From: an uncultured Candidatus Bathyarchaeia archaeon
GTDB taxonomy: Archaea; Thermoproteota; Bathyarchaeia; Bathyarchaeales; B26-1
Direction: 5' to 3'
Assembly (NCBI GenBank): GCA_964499825.1
Contig: CAZCOP010000001.1
Coordinates: 1-44,984, forward strand
DNA: 44,984 nt
The position numbers were made by a program, and so were the translations under genes. How positions within the stretch are numbered: position 1 is the first letter of the stretch; each line of letters starts with the position of its first letter. The notes beneath the pieces were generated by a model. It ran no database searches. It was not told the DNA's origin and was given only the letters and a program-made list of their open reading frames with translations. Positions 18,333 to 27,819 of this stretch are shown one piece after another.

Positions 18333-18542
18333 CAGCGGATAATAAGCCGAACACTTGTATTTAACGGTACCTCACGGTTTGACATCGCCTCCCGATGGTT
18401 TAAGGTTTCATCCTTTTTGGATACCTAGTTTACCTTCCCCCGCATGAATTAAGTCCATAGGTCTATACAAACCTACCATCGGCTCCACGGCTTTAACCCT
18501 TAATTTTAGAAGCTGATGCTTAGGCTTTGCAGTTTCCACCCC

Positions 18543-21299
18543 TTACCTCCACTTGAGAACCTTCCTCTCGTATAGGTACTCAGGCATCAATAGTAGCCCT
18601 GAGGTCGCTATCGAGCCTACTAGGAGCCACTCCATAACCCCCAGCGGAACCGTTCCGAACATCACCTGGAGTATCGGCACATAAAGTATAAGAACAGTCG
18701 ATATTAGTGAGATTATCTCGGCTATGAGCAGGAACTTATTCGATGTCCAGCTCAACTTGAAGGCTGACTTCGTCTCTGAACGGCAGTTCCACACTATGAC
18801 TAGCTCCCTCAACGTCGCCTGGACGAAGCACATGGTCTGGGCCTTCATTAACCTCTCAGGCTCGCTCATACCGGCTGTGAAGAGGCCGTACTCGTAGACG
18901 AGGAGGAAGATAACCGTTGTCCCGACGTACTGGCAGATGAAGGATATTATTATCTGAAGGACTCGGCCGTATAGGACGCCCTGCTTGGGATCCCTTGGCG
19001 GGCGGGCCATGACATCCTCGAGCGGTGGATCCATGCTCAGGGCGGTGGCTGGTCCCCCATCGGTTACTAGATTTATCCACAGTATCATGGCTGCCGTTAG
19101 CGGTAGGGGCATCCCCAGCAAGGCGAAGGTTCCGATAACCGCCAGCTCGTCGAAGTTGCACCTCATCAGGAAGAAGGCGAACTTCCTTATGTTGTCGTAG
19201 ATTATCCTCCCATGCTTTACTGCGTTCACTATCGTTGCGAAGTTGTCATCCATCAGTATCATGTCTGAGGACTCCTTAGTCACGTCGGTCCCCGTTATCC
19301 CCATCGCAACCCCTATATCGGCGATCTTAAGGGCTGGCGCATCGTTGACTCCGTCGCCGGTCATGGCTACTATGTGGCCCTTCCTCTTCAAGGCCTTCAC
19401 TATGCGGAGTTTATGCTCCGGTGAGACCCTCGCGTAGACCTTCACGTCCTCGACTATCCTCTCAAACTCATCGTCTGGTATCCTGTCGAGCTCCTCGCCA
19501 GTCAGCACTAGGCCTCCATTCTCCAGTATACCTATCTCCCTAGCAACAGCCACCGCTGTCAGCTTATGGTCCCCAGTTATCATGACTGGTTTTATACCGG
19601 CCCTCTTGCAGAGCTTTATTGCTTCTTTAACCTCATCCCTTGGGGGGTCTATCATCCCCATCAAGCCGACGAAGACTAGGTCCCTCTCGACGTAGTCCTC
19701 CTTCACCTTCCCCTCGGAGAAGCCCTCCAGCCTCCGGTAGGCCATGCCCAGAACCCTTAGGGCGTCGTTTGCGAACTCCTCGTTGACCCTCAGGACCCTA
19801 CGTTTTTCCTCTCTGGTTAGCCTCCTCTCCTCCCCGTCCTTAAGTATCCACCTGCACCTTTCCAGGATTATCTCTGGGGCTCCTTTGACGTATGCATGAA
19901 CCTCACCATTCGGGAGTTTATGTATGGTTGTCATCCTCTTCCTCTCTGAGCTGAAGGGTATCTCCCCAACCCTCGGGTAGACCTTCTCCAGCTCCTCCTG
20001 TACCAGGCCGGCTTTATGGGCCGCTACGACGAGGGCTCCCTCAGTTGTGTCTCCGATTATCCGCCACCCATTCTCGTCCCTGTCTAGGCGTGAGTTGTTG
20101 CATAGGGCCCCGATCCTGAGGAGTAGGCCTAGGGAGTCGTCATTTTCCGGGTTGACCTTCTCGGAGCCCTGTATGAACTCCCCCTTAGGCTCGTAGCCTG
20201 AACCTGTAACCTCCACAACCCGCCCGTTGTAGTATATCCTCCTGACGGTCATCTCGCCCTTAGTTAGGGTTCCGGTCTTGTCTGAGCATATCACAGTTGT
20301 AGAGCCTAGAGTCTCAGCCGCCGCGAGCTTCCTTATAACGGCGTTGCGTTTGGCGAGTTCCCTCGCACCTAGGGCTAGGCATATCGTGACGATGGCTGGT
20401 AGGCCCTCCGGAACCGCTGAGACTGCGAGGGCTACGGCGGTCATGAAGAACTTCAGCAGGTTCGCCCCGGCTGTCGGCTCCCTCACCATCTCGAGGATGA
20501 AGATCAAGGCGCATACTAAGACTATAAATATGGACAGCTTCTTTGCGAACCTGTTCAGTTTAGCCTTCAACGGCGGGGTCTTCTCCTCGGTCTCCTGTAT
20601 CATGCCAGCTATCTTACCGAACTCCGTATTCATGCCGGTCGCGGTTATCACCGCCCTCCCACGCCCGAAGATCACGTGGGTTCCCATGAAGACCATGTTC
20701 CGCCTATCGCTGACCGGAGCGTCCTCCCTAACAAGGTCCGTCATCTTCTCGACCGGTGTGGACTCACCCGTTAGGACAGCCTCATTAGTCCTTAACTCTA
20801 TGGCCTCAATCAATCTCCCATCGGCTGGGATGCGGTCTCCAGACTCGAGGAGTACCACGTCACCTGGGACAACCATCTCGGCTGGTATTATAACCTCCCT
20901 ACCATCCCTTAAGACCCTGGCTTGGGGTGCAGTTAACCTCTTCAAGGCCTCCATGGCCTTCTCTGATCTGTACTCCTGGACGAAACCAACTATCGAGTTT
21001 AGGATCACGATTGCACCTATCGTTATCGAGTCCGCGTAGTCCTCCAGGGTTGGGGTGGATGTCTCCATGAATACTGTGAGCAGTGAGATCACTATCGCTG
21101 CGATGAGCATCAGGACGAAGACATCCTTAAACTGTCCAAGGAATATGATGAAGGGGTTTACACCCTCCCTCTCGACGAGCTTGTTAGGTCCATACTCCTC
21201 TAGCCTACGTTCAGCCTCCTCACTGCTCAACCCATCCGGGGTTGTTCCTAGAGCATCTAGAACCTTCTCAACCTCTTCGGCGTGCCACTGTAAGCCCAA
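18543..21299 (-). CDS. P-type cation-transporting ATPase, type IIA (Ca2+/SERCA-like)
   Basis: 918 aa. TGES, PEGLPA in TM4, CSDKTGTLT (phospho-Asp), TGDHK and [12 protein letters not shown] are present. The start is TTG. Confidence 0.88.
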   Translation of the reverse strand: MGLQWHAEEVEKVLDALGTTPDGLSSEEAERRLEEYGPNKLVEREGVNPFIIFLGQFKDVFVLMLIAAIVISLLTVFMETSTPTLEDYADSITIGAIVILNSIVGFVQEYRSEKAMEALKRLTAPQARVLRDGREVIIPAEMVVPGDVVLLESGDRIPADGRLIEAIELRTNEAVLTGESTPVEKMTDLVREDAPVSDRRNMVFMGTHVIFGRGRAVITATGMNTEFGKIAGMIQETEEKTPPLKAKLNRFAKKLSIFIVLVCALIFILEMVREPTAGANLLKFFMTAVALAVSAVPEGLPAIVTICLALGARELAKRNAVIRKLAAAETLGSTTVICSDKTGTLTKGEMTVRRIYYNGRVVEVTGSGYEPKGEFIQGSEKVNPENDDSLGLLLRIGALCNNSRLDRDENGWRIIGDTTEGALVVAAHKAGLVQEELEKVYPRVGEIPFSSERKRMTTIHKLPNGEVHAYVKGAPEIILERCRWILKDGEERRLTREEKRRVLRVNEEFANDALRVLGMAYRRLEGFSEGKVKEDYVERDLVFVGLMGMIDPPRDEVKEAIKLCKRAGIKPVMITGDHKLTAVAVAREIGILENGGLVLTGEELDRIPDDEFERIVEDVKVYARVSPEHKLRIVKALKRKGHIVAMTGDGVNDAPALKIADIGVAMGITGTDVTKESSDMILMDDNFATIVNAVKHGRIIYDNIRKFAFFLMRCNFDELAVIGTFALLGMPLPLTAAMILWINLVTDGGPATALSMDPPLEDVMARPPRDPKQGVLYGRVLQIIISFICQYVGTTVIFLLVYEYGLFTAGMSEPERLMKAQTMCFVQATLRELVIVWNCRSETKSAFKLSWTSNKFLLIAEIISLISTVLILYVPILQVMFGTVPLGVMEWLLVGSIATSGLLLMPEYLYERKVLKWR

Positions 21300-21431
21300 G
21301 CTGAACCCTCTACCTCTTTCCTATTAAATTTTTCAAGGAGTTAATTAACCTTTTGAAACTGGAACCTGCGTGTTTGGTGGATGACCTCCGCCGTTTGAGT
21401 ACAGAATAACTTAAATTTTTCTTGGATTTAA

Positions 21432-22091
21432 GTGAGGGTGGGGTGGTTAGAGTTAATTCGCATAAGTAGGCTGCATATGGTTGCTATGGCCCTCGTAGCC
21501 CTCGTAGCGATAGGTCTGGCGGTCTACTTCCTAATCCCCCAGCCGAAGAGGATAGAGGGGGTGAAGGTCCTCGTTATAGTGGCTGAAGGCTTCAGCTACC
21601 ACGAGTACGCCGGGGTGACCCGGATCCTAAGCATGGAGGGCGCAACCATAACGACAGCTAGCTTCACGAAAGAAAGAGTCTCCGGGAGCGGTGGAAGCTG
21701 CAAGCCGGATGTAACCTTCGACGAGGTGAACGTCTCGCTCTACGATGTGATATACATACCAGGAGGGAATGGACCGTACAGTATAATCACAAACCCAGAT
21801 AACCTGAAGGTCTACAACATACTCACTGAAGCCTACAGGGAGGGGAAGATAATCGCAGCCATATGCCATGGCCCATGGGTCTTGGCCGAGGCCGACCTCG
21901 TGAGGGGTAAGAGGGTAACGTGCTGGAACGACCAGGAGATGATAAACGACCTAAAGGCTCACGGGGCCGTTGTTGACACGGGGAAGAGCGTCATACGGGA
22001 TGGGAATATGATAACGGCGAGGGGTCTCTCAGCTATGCATGCCCTGGCTGAGGAGATAATAAAGGCCCTGCTCGAGAAGGAGGGTTCGTAG
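21432..22091 (+). CDS. DJ-1/PfpI-family protein with N-terminal membrane anchor
   Basis: 219 aa. A hydrophobic segment (MVAMALVALVAIGLAVYFLI) is followed by a DJ-1/PfpI core with AAICHGPWVL (nucleophile elbow). The start could instead be the ATG at 21477. Confidence 0.75.
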   Translation: MRVGWLELIRISRLHMVAMALVALVAIGLAVYFLIPQPKRIEGVKVLVIVAEGFSYHEYAGVTRILSMEGATITTASFTKERVSGSGGSCKPDVTFDEVNVSLYDVIYIPGGNGPYSIITNPDNLKVYNILTEAYREGKIIAAICHGPWVLAEADLVRGKRVTCWNDQEMINDLKAHGAVVDTGKSVIRDGNMITARGLSAMHALAEEIIKALLEKEGS

Positions 22092-22125
22092 CCTTCAACC
22101 AGAACCTTGAACAGTCCTTGATTAT

Positions 22126-22585
22126 TTAAGGTAACTTAACAAGGTGGGTCTCGAAGTCCTTAACAAAGAGCTTCCCACCTTTACCCTTGATAATTCTGTG
22201 TCCCTCAGCCCTCAGCCTCTCAGCCTGAGCCTCAACACCCCCCGGGGAACTTTGGGTTCAGGCTTCCATCCACCTTTATCACCCTCCAGTACGGCGTTAT
22301 ATCGGTCCTCCCTCCCCTCCTATCTTCCTCAGCCGCCTCGGCTATTATACGTATGAACAAACCCGTTACTAATGGACAGGTTAAGTCGACGCCGAATCTT
22401 CTAGCTAGGTTCTCCCTGATCTGGTTTACCGTCACCAAGCCTCCACATGGGACTCCTCTTATTAGGTTTTCTATGTCTAGGGGTCTCGGGATTAGCATCC
22501 TACCCCGCCCCCTAGGGTCGTCAACTATCCTGGGCTCCTTAACCCCCTCCAGTTTCTCACGCCAAGTCTTACGCCTCCTAACCAT
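22126..22585 (-). CDS. MGMT-fold alkyltransferase-like (ATL) DNA-binding protein, interrupted by a homopolymer frameshift
   Basis: The HTH-like ..VPCGGLVTVNQIRENLARRFG.. is followed by TPYWRV at the position of the MGMT PCHRV motif (no acceptor Cys). The ORF stops at 22232 right after a C6/G4 run (22238-22247). The expected C-terminus, VEAQAERLRAEGHRIIKGKGGKLFVKDFETHLVKLP*, continues in another frame to 22126. Confidence 0.55.
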
Positions 22586-22656
22586 AAAGGACCACCCGCA
22601 GACATCAATGTTTGAACATAAAAATAAAGGAGGGTGGAGAGTTTATGGTTTTCAAG

Positions 22657-23208
22657 TTACACTCCCAGTAGTTTGAGGAACTCCCTCATGAAGGCTGGTA
22701 GGTCGGGCCAGGCCCTGCTCGTCACGAGGTTTCCGTCGACAACGACCTCCTCATCAACGTATTCAGCCCCAGCCTGCTTGAGGTCTGGCGCAACGGCCAT
22801 GTAGCAGGTCATCCTCCTACCCTTAGCAAGGCCATAGCCAGCTATAATTAGGGGTCCATGGCATATGGCTGCAACGGGCTTATTCGCCTCGAAGAAGTGC
22901 TTAACTATCGCCTCCAGCTCCTTGTGGGTTCGCATATACTCTGGAGCTCTGCCGCCAGGTATTATGAGGCCGTCGAAATCTTCTGGTTTTACATCCTTAT
23001 ATGCGGCGTCGACCCAGCCGAACCTATAACCGGGCTTCTCAGTGTACGTTTCCCATCCGGGCTCGAAGTCGTGAACCACCGTAAATAGGACCTTTTTGGA
23101 TGGGGCTGCAACCGTAACCTCAACCCCAGCCTCCTTAAGCCTCCAGTACGGGTAGAATATCTCCTGAGCCTCAACTGCGTCTCCGGCAACTATCAAAACT
23201 TTAGGCAT
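22657..23208 (-). CDS. pfpI: PfpI/DJ-1-family intracellular protease or deglycase
   Basis: MPKVLIVAGD.., IIPGGRAPE and AAICHGPLII are present. I prefer the ATG at 23208 over the TTG at 23262, because the extra 18 codons overlap an A/T-box-like stretch. Confidence 0.8.
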   Translation of the reverse strand: MPKVLIVAGDAVEAQEIFYPYWRLKEAGVEVTVAAPSKKVLFTVVHDFEPGWETYTEKPGYRFGWVDAAYKDVKPEDFDGLIIPGGRAPEYMRTHKELEAIVKHFFEANKPVAAICHGPLIIAGYGLAKGRRMTCYMAVAPDLKQAGAEYVDEEVVVDGNLVTSRAWPDLPAFMREFLKLLGV

Positions 23209-23428
23209 AACAATCCCCAACCTAAATCTGTCGACTCTAAATATTATTAGTTTTGGTTCCAAGCCATCCTCAGCCAGTTTCCATTTTAAATCAGGTTAAA
23301 CCGTTATTATCTTTGATGTTGAAGATGTCCACAGTGTTGAGCATGATGGTCCTACACTCGACGAATACAGTGAGAGATTATAAGGGGGCTTAAGCCTCAC
23401 GGCATCGATAATTTTATAAGTTTTGGTG

Positions 23429-23437
23429 TTATAAAAA
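23429..23437 (+). promoter_or_regulatory. Candidate TATA box for the pspA module
   Basis: ttataaaaa lies about 30-37 nt upstream of the pspA ATG at 23466, so the leader would be short or absent. Confidence 0.35.
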
Positions 23438-23465
23438 GAGGTTGAATTTAAAGGAAGAATGGATA

Positions 23466-24167
23466 ATGGGTTTGTTAAGTAGAACAAGCACAATAATTAA
23501 GGCTAAAATAAGCCGTTTTCTCGATCGGTTCGAAGATCCTAGGGAGACCCTAGACTACTCCTACAACAAACAGGTTGAACTCCTGAATAAGGTCAGGCGG
23601 AACATAGCCTCAGTGGTAACCGCAAAGAAGAGGCTTGAGATGCAACTAGAGAAATTGAGGGGAAACGTGGAGAGGCTTGATGAACAGGCTAGGGAAGCTG
23701 TCAAACTCGGAAGGGAAGACCTCGCAAAGATAGCCCTACAGAGGAAGTACAGAACACTGTCTGAGATCTCCCTACTGGAGAAGCAGATAGACTCCTTGGC
23801 GAGGGAGCAGGGGCGTCTGGAGGCCGCCGAGAAGAGGCTGGCCGCAAAGATAGAGTCCTTCAGGGCCTACAAGGAGGTTATAAAGGCCCAATACACAGCG
23901 GCTGAAGCCCAGGTTAAGATAACCGAGGCCGTGACCGGAATATCTGAGGAGATGGAGGACGTCGGGATGACCATACGTAGGGCTGAGGATAAGACCGAGG
24001 AGATGAAGGCTAGGGCTCTAGCCCTTGAGGAACTGGTTGAGAAGGGAACATTAACTGATGTCCTAACGGCTGGGAAGGATGAGATAACGAGGGAGCTGGA
24101 GAAGATAACCGAGGAGGCTAAGGTTGAGGAGGAGCTTGAAGCCATAAAGAGGGAGGTCTCGGGATGA
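23466..24167 (+). CDS. pspA: PspA/IM30 (Vipp1/ESCRT-III-superfamily) membrane-stress protein
   Basis: The N-terminus MGLLSRTSTIIKAKISRFLDRFEDPRETLDYSY.. is followed by long coiled-coil text (LEKLRGNVERLDEQAREAVKLGREDLAKIAL.RK), which is typical of PspA. Confidence 0.85.
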   Translation: MGLLSRTSTIIKAKISRFLDRFEDPRETLDYSYNKQVELLNKVRRNIASVVTAKKRLEMQLEKLRGNVERLDEQAREAVKLGREDLAKIALQRKYRTLSEISLLEKQIDSLAREQGRLEAAEKRLAAKIESFRAYKEVIKAQYTAAEAQVKITEAVTGISEEMEDVGMTIRRAEDKTEEMKARALALEELVEKGTLTDVLTAGKDEITRELEKITEEAKVEEELEAIKREVSG

Positions 24168-24448
24168 TAGTCCGCATAATAGGTGAGGGCCAATTCGAGC
24201 TTGAGAGCAGATACTACGACGAGCTGAACGCAATCGATAATAGACTAGTCGAGCTCGTCGCCAAGGAGGATGAGGAAGCCTTCAAGGAGGAGCTCAAGAA
24301 GCTCGTAGACCTCATAATGGAGAAGGGACATCCAATAGATCCAAGCAGGATAGTTGAGTCCGACATCATAATCCCGCCGCCAGATATAACCCTAGACGAG
24401 GCCAAAGAGATATTCAGGGGCGAGGGATTATTCCCGGACCTTGAATAG
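24164..24448 (+). CDS. Small acidic PspA-associated protein (PspAA-like)
   Basis: 94 aa. It is translationally coupled to pspA through an ATGA overlap and is acidic and helical. The PspAA family assignment is from memory, not verified. Confidence 0.5.
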   Translation: MIVRIIGEGQFELESRYYDELNAIDNRLVELVAKEDEEAFKEELKKLVDLIMEKGHPIDPSRIVESDIIIPPPDITLDEAKEIFRGEGLFPDLE

Positions 24449-24460
24449 GAAGCCTAAACC

Positions 24461-25276
24461 ATGGAGTTAATCCCCCTACTGATGGGCTTAGTCTCGATGA
24501 TGGTAGGGGTGATACTATTCTACGTATCGAGGAGGACCGAAGAGAAGATAAGGGCGATACTATCAGTTGAGGCCTCAACGGTATCAGAACTGGAGGAGCT
24601 ATACTCAAGGGTTACGGAGGAGGCCGGAAAGGGTTACTTCGGGGTGAAGTGTAAGCTGTATGGAACAGTCGAGTGTGATAAACCCTTAACATCCGAACTG
24701 GCGAAGAAGAGATGCGTATACTACAAGATGAGGGTGGAGAGGGAGTGGGAGGAGGAGAGAACTGAGAGGAGGAGGGACAAGCACGGGAACGTATACTACG
24801 AGACTGTGACCCATAGAGGCTCAGATGTGGTGGCTGAGAACATCCGTTCAGTAGACTTCTGGCTCAGAAACCACACGGGTAGGATCCACATATACCCGGA
24901 TGGAGCCGAGTTCGACGCCCAGAAGGTCTACGAGAAGTTCGAACCCGCCGAGAGCATCCACGCCGGGAGGATAACAATAGGATCCATCTCGATAGTTATA
25001 CCGGCACCATTAGAGGGTAGGAGGACAATAGGCTACAGGTCAACCGAGAGTATAATACCGGTCGATAGGCCGGCCTTCATCCTAGGCTGGGCGTCCGATG
25101 AGAGGGGTGAACTGGCAGTCCAGAGGCCTAGGGAGGAGGGTTTCTTCATAATAAGCTACAAGTCGGAGCGTGAATACATCTCGAGCCTGCACAAGAAGAG
25201 GCGGAACCTCATAATCGGCGGGACGGTCGCATTCCTGATAGGGATACTCCTAATAATAATGGGCTTTCTCATCTAA
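24461..25276 (+). CDS. Two-TM membrane protein with a large charged loop (possibly GIDE-like)
   Basis: 271 aa. It has an N-terminal TM (LIPLLMGLVSMMVGVILFYV), a C-terminal TM (IIGGTVAFLIGILLIIMGFLI) and a soluble domain of about 220 aa between them. It starts 12 nt after pspAA. Confidence 0.5.
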   Translation: MELIPLLMGLVSMMVGVILFYVSRRTEEKIRAILSVEASTVSELEELYSRVTEEAGKGYFGVKCKLYGTVECDKPLTSELAKKRCVYYKMRVEREWEEERTERRRDKHGNVYYETVTHRGSDVVAENIRSVDFWLRNHTGRIHIYPDGAEFDAQKVYEKFEPAESIHAGRITIGSISIVIPAPLEGRRTIGYRSTESIIPVDRPAFILGWASDERGELAVQRPREEGFFIISYKSEREYISSLHKKRRNLIIGGTVAFLIGILLIIMGFLI

Positions 25277-25598
25277 TCAAGAATTGTGGAGGCCCTATCC
25301 CCCCATCGCATGAATAGCAACCTGTAATCCAGCCCTACGAGCCTTCATCACGAGGCCGTCCAGCCTCCGTTGTGCGTATAACATAAACTCCTCTGGTGAG
25401 GTTATTATCCAATGAATGCAGGTCAGCCCGGCCTAAACCGCCCTCCTACACGCCGTGACGCAAGCCTCCTCGACCCATTCAATGCTCGCCCTCGGACCTG
25501 GGTTTCCCTATCGAAGAACGGAACGTCGCCGTTCGCCAAGAGCAACGTCTTCAACTCCACGTTTCCCTCCTCTTTCCGCCCTCCTCAGAGCCTCGTCT

Positions 25599-25913
25599 TC
25601 ACCCTCCAACCGGCATTGGCATGAATATTAGGATGTCCCCCTCCTTTAGTTCTGTCTCGAAGCCCTTTAGGGAATGGATGTTCCTCCCGTTCAGGAGTAT
25701 GATCAGGGATTCGTCATCCGTCTTTGATGGGTCTGGGAGCTTCCTCCGAGCCCTTTCAGCTATACTCATCAACTTGGAGATTAAGTCTTTGACCTTCGCT
25801 TTACATTCCAGCTCCACAGTTATTCTGTCTCCGATGGCCCGTCTGACGAATCCGTACGCTCTAACCTTAACCCTCACCCCTAGGGCGCCCTCCCTCCTTA
25901 GAATAACTACCAA
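25599..25913 (-). CDS. MoaD/ThiS-family ubiquitin-like protein ending in Gly-Gly
   Basis: 104 aa. The C-terminus (..EGDILIFMPMPVGG*) is a beta-grasp type tail. It lies directly downstream of an AOR gene. Confidence 0.7.
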   Translation of the reverse strand: MVVILRREGALGVRVKVRAYGFVRRAIGDRITVELECKAKVKDLISKLMSIAERARRKLPDPSKTDDESLIILLNGRNIHSLKGFETELKEGDILIFMPMPVGG

Positions 25914-25940
25914 CCGGCTATTTAATAAAAAATTGGAAGG

Positions 25941-27818
25941 TTAAATCTCCCTTCGGACCTTCTCTAGGGCCTCATCCACATCATGCAGTCCAAGCCTCCT
26001 TAGTACACTTGATTTCGGTATACCCCTCTCATCCCAGCCTATGGCCTCGTAGTATTCCCTCCTCCTCCGCTCTATCTCCTCCCTATCTAAGGCTGAGCCC
26101 TTGTGGGGGCCGGATGGCAACGGCTCATAGAACCTTGGCGGGTTGTCGTCGTCCCTTGGCGGCCTCCACCTAACGTCGGGTCCGCCGAGCAGCTCTGCGG
26201 CCCTCTGGATGTGGATTATCCTGTGGCCCAGCGTCCGGTTCCACTCCTCCTCGGTTATGTCCCATCCCGTCACCGCCCTCAGGAACCTCCATTCTAACCC
26301 CTTCAAGCTTCCTCCCCAAGTTATGATTGCGCATATCACAGCTGAGTCTGCGAAGACTATGGACATATCCCTGTAGGCATCGCTTACGGTTGATGTGTGG
26401 TCTCCACCCTGAACTGAGCAGGCATAGCATATGTCGTGTGTGTAGTCCTCCCCGCTCCTGACTCCGTGGGCTCCAACCTCAACCCCCTTAACCTGGACCG
26501 CGTACTTTAGGGCGTCTACGCCTTTCAGCTCTGAGATCTTCAAGGCCGCCCTGTAGGTTCCCTCAGCCAGTATATCGAAGTACTTGCCCCTCCTCGTCGC
26601 TATCCTCCTCGCCAGCTCGGCTAGGGCCTCCACATCGCCCCACCTGAGTTCTAGGCCGTCCAAGTCTTCTTTTGTTAGTATCCCCCTCTGGTATAGCTCG
26701 GTTGCGAAGGCTAGGACGTTACCTACATTTATCCCTGAGAAGCCTAGGTCCTCGATGAGCGAGCTTAGGTATACTATCCCTCCAGCGTCGAATACTCCTA
26801 GGTTTGGCCCCAGGTAGGCCTCCAACTCGTAGTCTGGGTTATCCGTTATCGCACCCTTGTAGGGACCCGCCTTTATCACCGCGAGCTTCATGCACGTCAC
26901 TGCGCATCCGTAGTCTCCCCAGTATCGTTTGACCCAGTACCTTAAGTCGAAGTGGTCTCCGCCTATGCTCTTCTCGTCGTGCCATTCCTCCTGCCAGTTC
27001 CTGACCGGCTCCGAGCTTCTCACAGCTCCAACCTCGTATCCAGAGTATCCGGTTCCCCACCTCCGTATCCTGTCCCTCGAGGGGTCTAGGACGGCTCTCT
27101 CATACTCTTGGATGAGCCTCTTAACTTCATCCATGTCTGCCACTTGGGGGAGGGGACCGTTCCCCTTCGCGACCACTGCCTTTAGGTTCTTAGAACCCAT
27201 GACCGCTCCGTAGCCTCCGTATCCGGCTGCGTGGGTCCACTTCTGTTCGACCGCTGCAACCCTCACCTTATTCTCGCCAGCTGGGCCTATGTAGAGGACC
27301 GCTGGCTCCCTCTGCACCCCGATCTTAGCGTACCGCTTGTTCAACTCCTCTCTGACCTCCTTTGTTATCGTCCTTAGCGTTGTCTTTGAGTCCTTACCCC
27401 ATAAGTGTCTGGCGTTCTTTATCTCAACGTTCTCGTTGTCGATCAGTATGTAGACCGGCTTCTCAGCCCTACCCGATATGATCACGCCGTCCCAGCCAGC
27501 GCACTTAAGCTCTATCGGGAACTCTCCGCTCACTGTGGAGCCTATGATCCCGTTATTCTGGGGCGACTTTCCGGTTATGCATATCCTTGCTCCGTGGAAG
27601 TATCCGGTTAACGGACCCGTCAGGATTAGGAGTAGGTTCTCAGGGCCTAGCGGGTCCACCTCCTCCCACCTATCACCAAGGCGGTCCCAGAGTATCCTCG
27701 TCCCTAAGCCCCTACCACCCAAGTATTGGCGTAGAACATCCTCGGGGATCCTTAACTCCCCTACCTCCCCGTCGCTTAGGTCTATATCAAGTATCTTACC
27801 TGCGTATCCACCAACCAT
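25941..27818 (-). CDS. aor: Tungsten-containing aldehyde:ferredoxin oxidoreductase family protein (paralogue 1)
   Basis: 625 aa. The AOR N-terminal domain (GYAGKILDIDLS.., GGRGLG.RILWD) is present, together with the pterin/cluster region DYGCAVTC..AGPY, GGDH and DS..IC. Confidence 0.88.
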   Translation of the reverse strand: MVGGYAGKILDIDLSDGEVGELRIPEDVLRQYLGGRGLGTRILWDRLGDRWEEVDPLGPENLLLILTGPLTGYFHGARICITGKSPQNNGIIGSTVSGEFPIELKCAGWDGVIISGRAEKPVYILIDNENVEIKNARHLWGKDSKTTLRTITKEVREELNKRYAKIGVQREPAVLYIGPAGENKVRVAAVEQKWTHAAGYGGYGAVMGSKNLKAVVAKGNGPLPQVADMDEVKRLIQEYERAVLDPSRDRIRRWGTGYSGYEVGAVRSSEPVRNWQEEWHDEKSIGGDHFDLRYWVKRYWGDYGCAVTCMKLAVIKAGPYKGAITDNPDYELEAYLGPNLGVFDAGGIVYLSSLIEDLGFSGINVGNVLAFATELYQRGILTKEDLDGLELRWGDVEALAELARRIATRRGKYFDILAEGTYRAALKISELKGVDALKYAVQVKGVEVGAHGVRSGEDYTHDICYACSVQGGDHTSTVSDAYRDMSIVFADSAVICAIITWGGSLKGLEWRFLRAVTGWDITEEEWNRTLGHRIIHIQRAAELLGGPDVRWRPPRDDDNPPRFYEPLPSGPHKGSALDREEIERRRREYYEAIGWDERGIPKSSVLRRLGLHDVDEALEKVRREI

Positions 27819-27819
27819 G

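Noticed and set aside
22205-22235. Short tandem-looking ctcagcc repeats.
   Set aside because: They are explained by coding for the Ala/Glu/Arg-rich helix (AQAERLRAEG) of the ATL C-terminus on the minus strand and are not an independent repeat element.
25412-25624. 70-aa plus-strand ORF in the psp/moaD spacer.
   Set aside because: It is Pro/Arg/Ser-rich with no motif, and it runs antisense to the more protein-like relic fragments and into the end of moaD.
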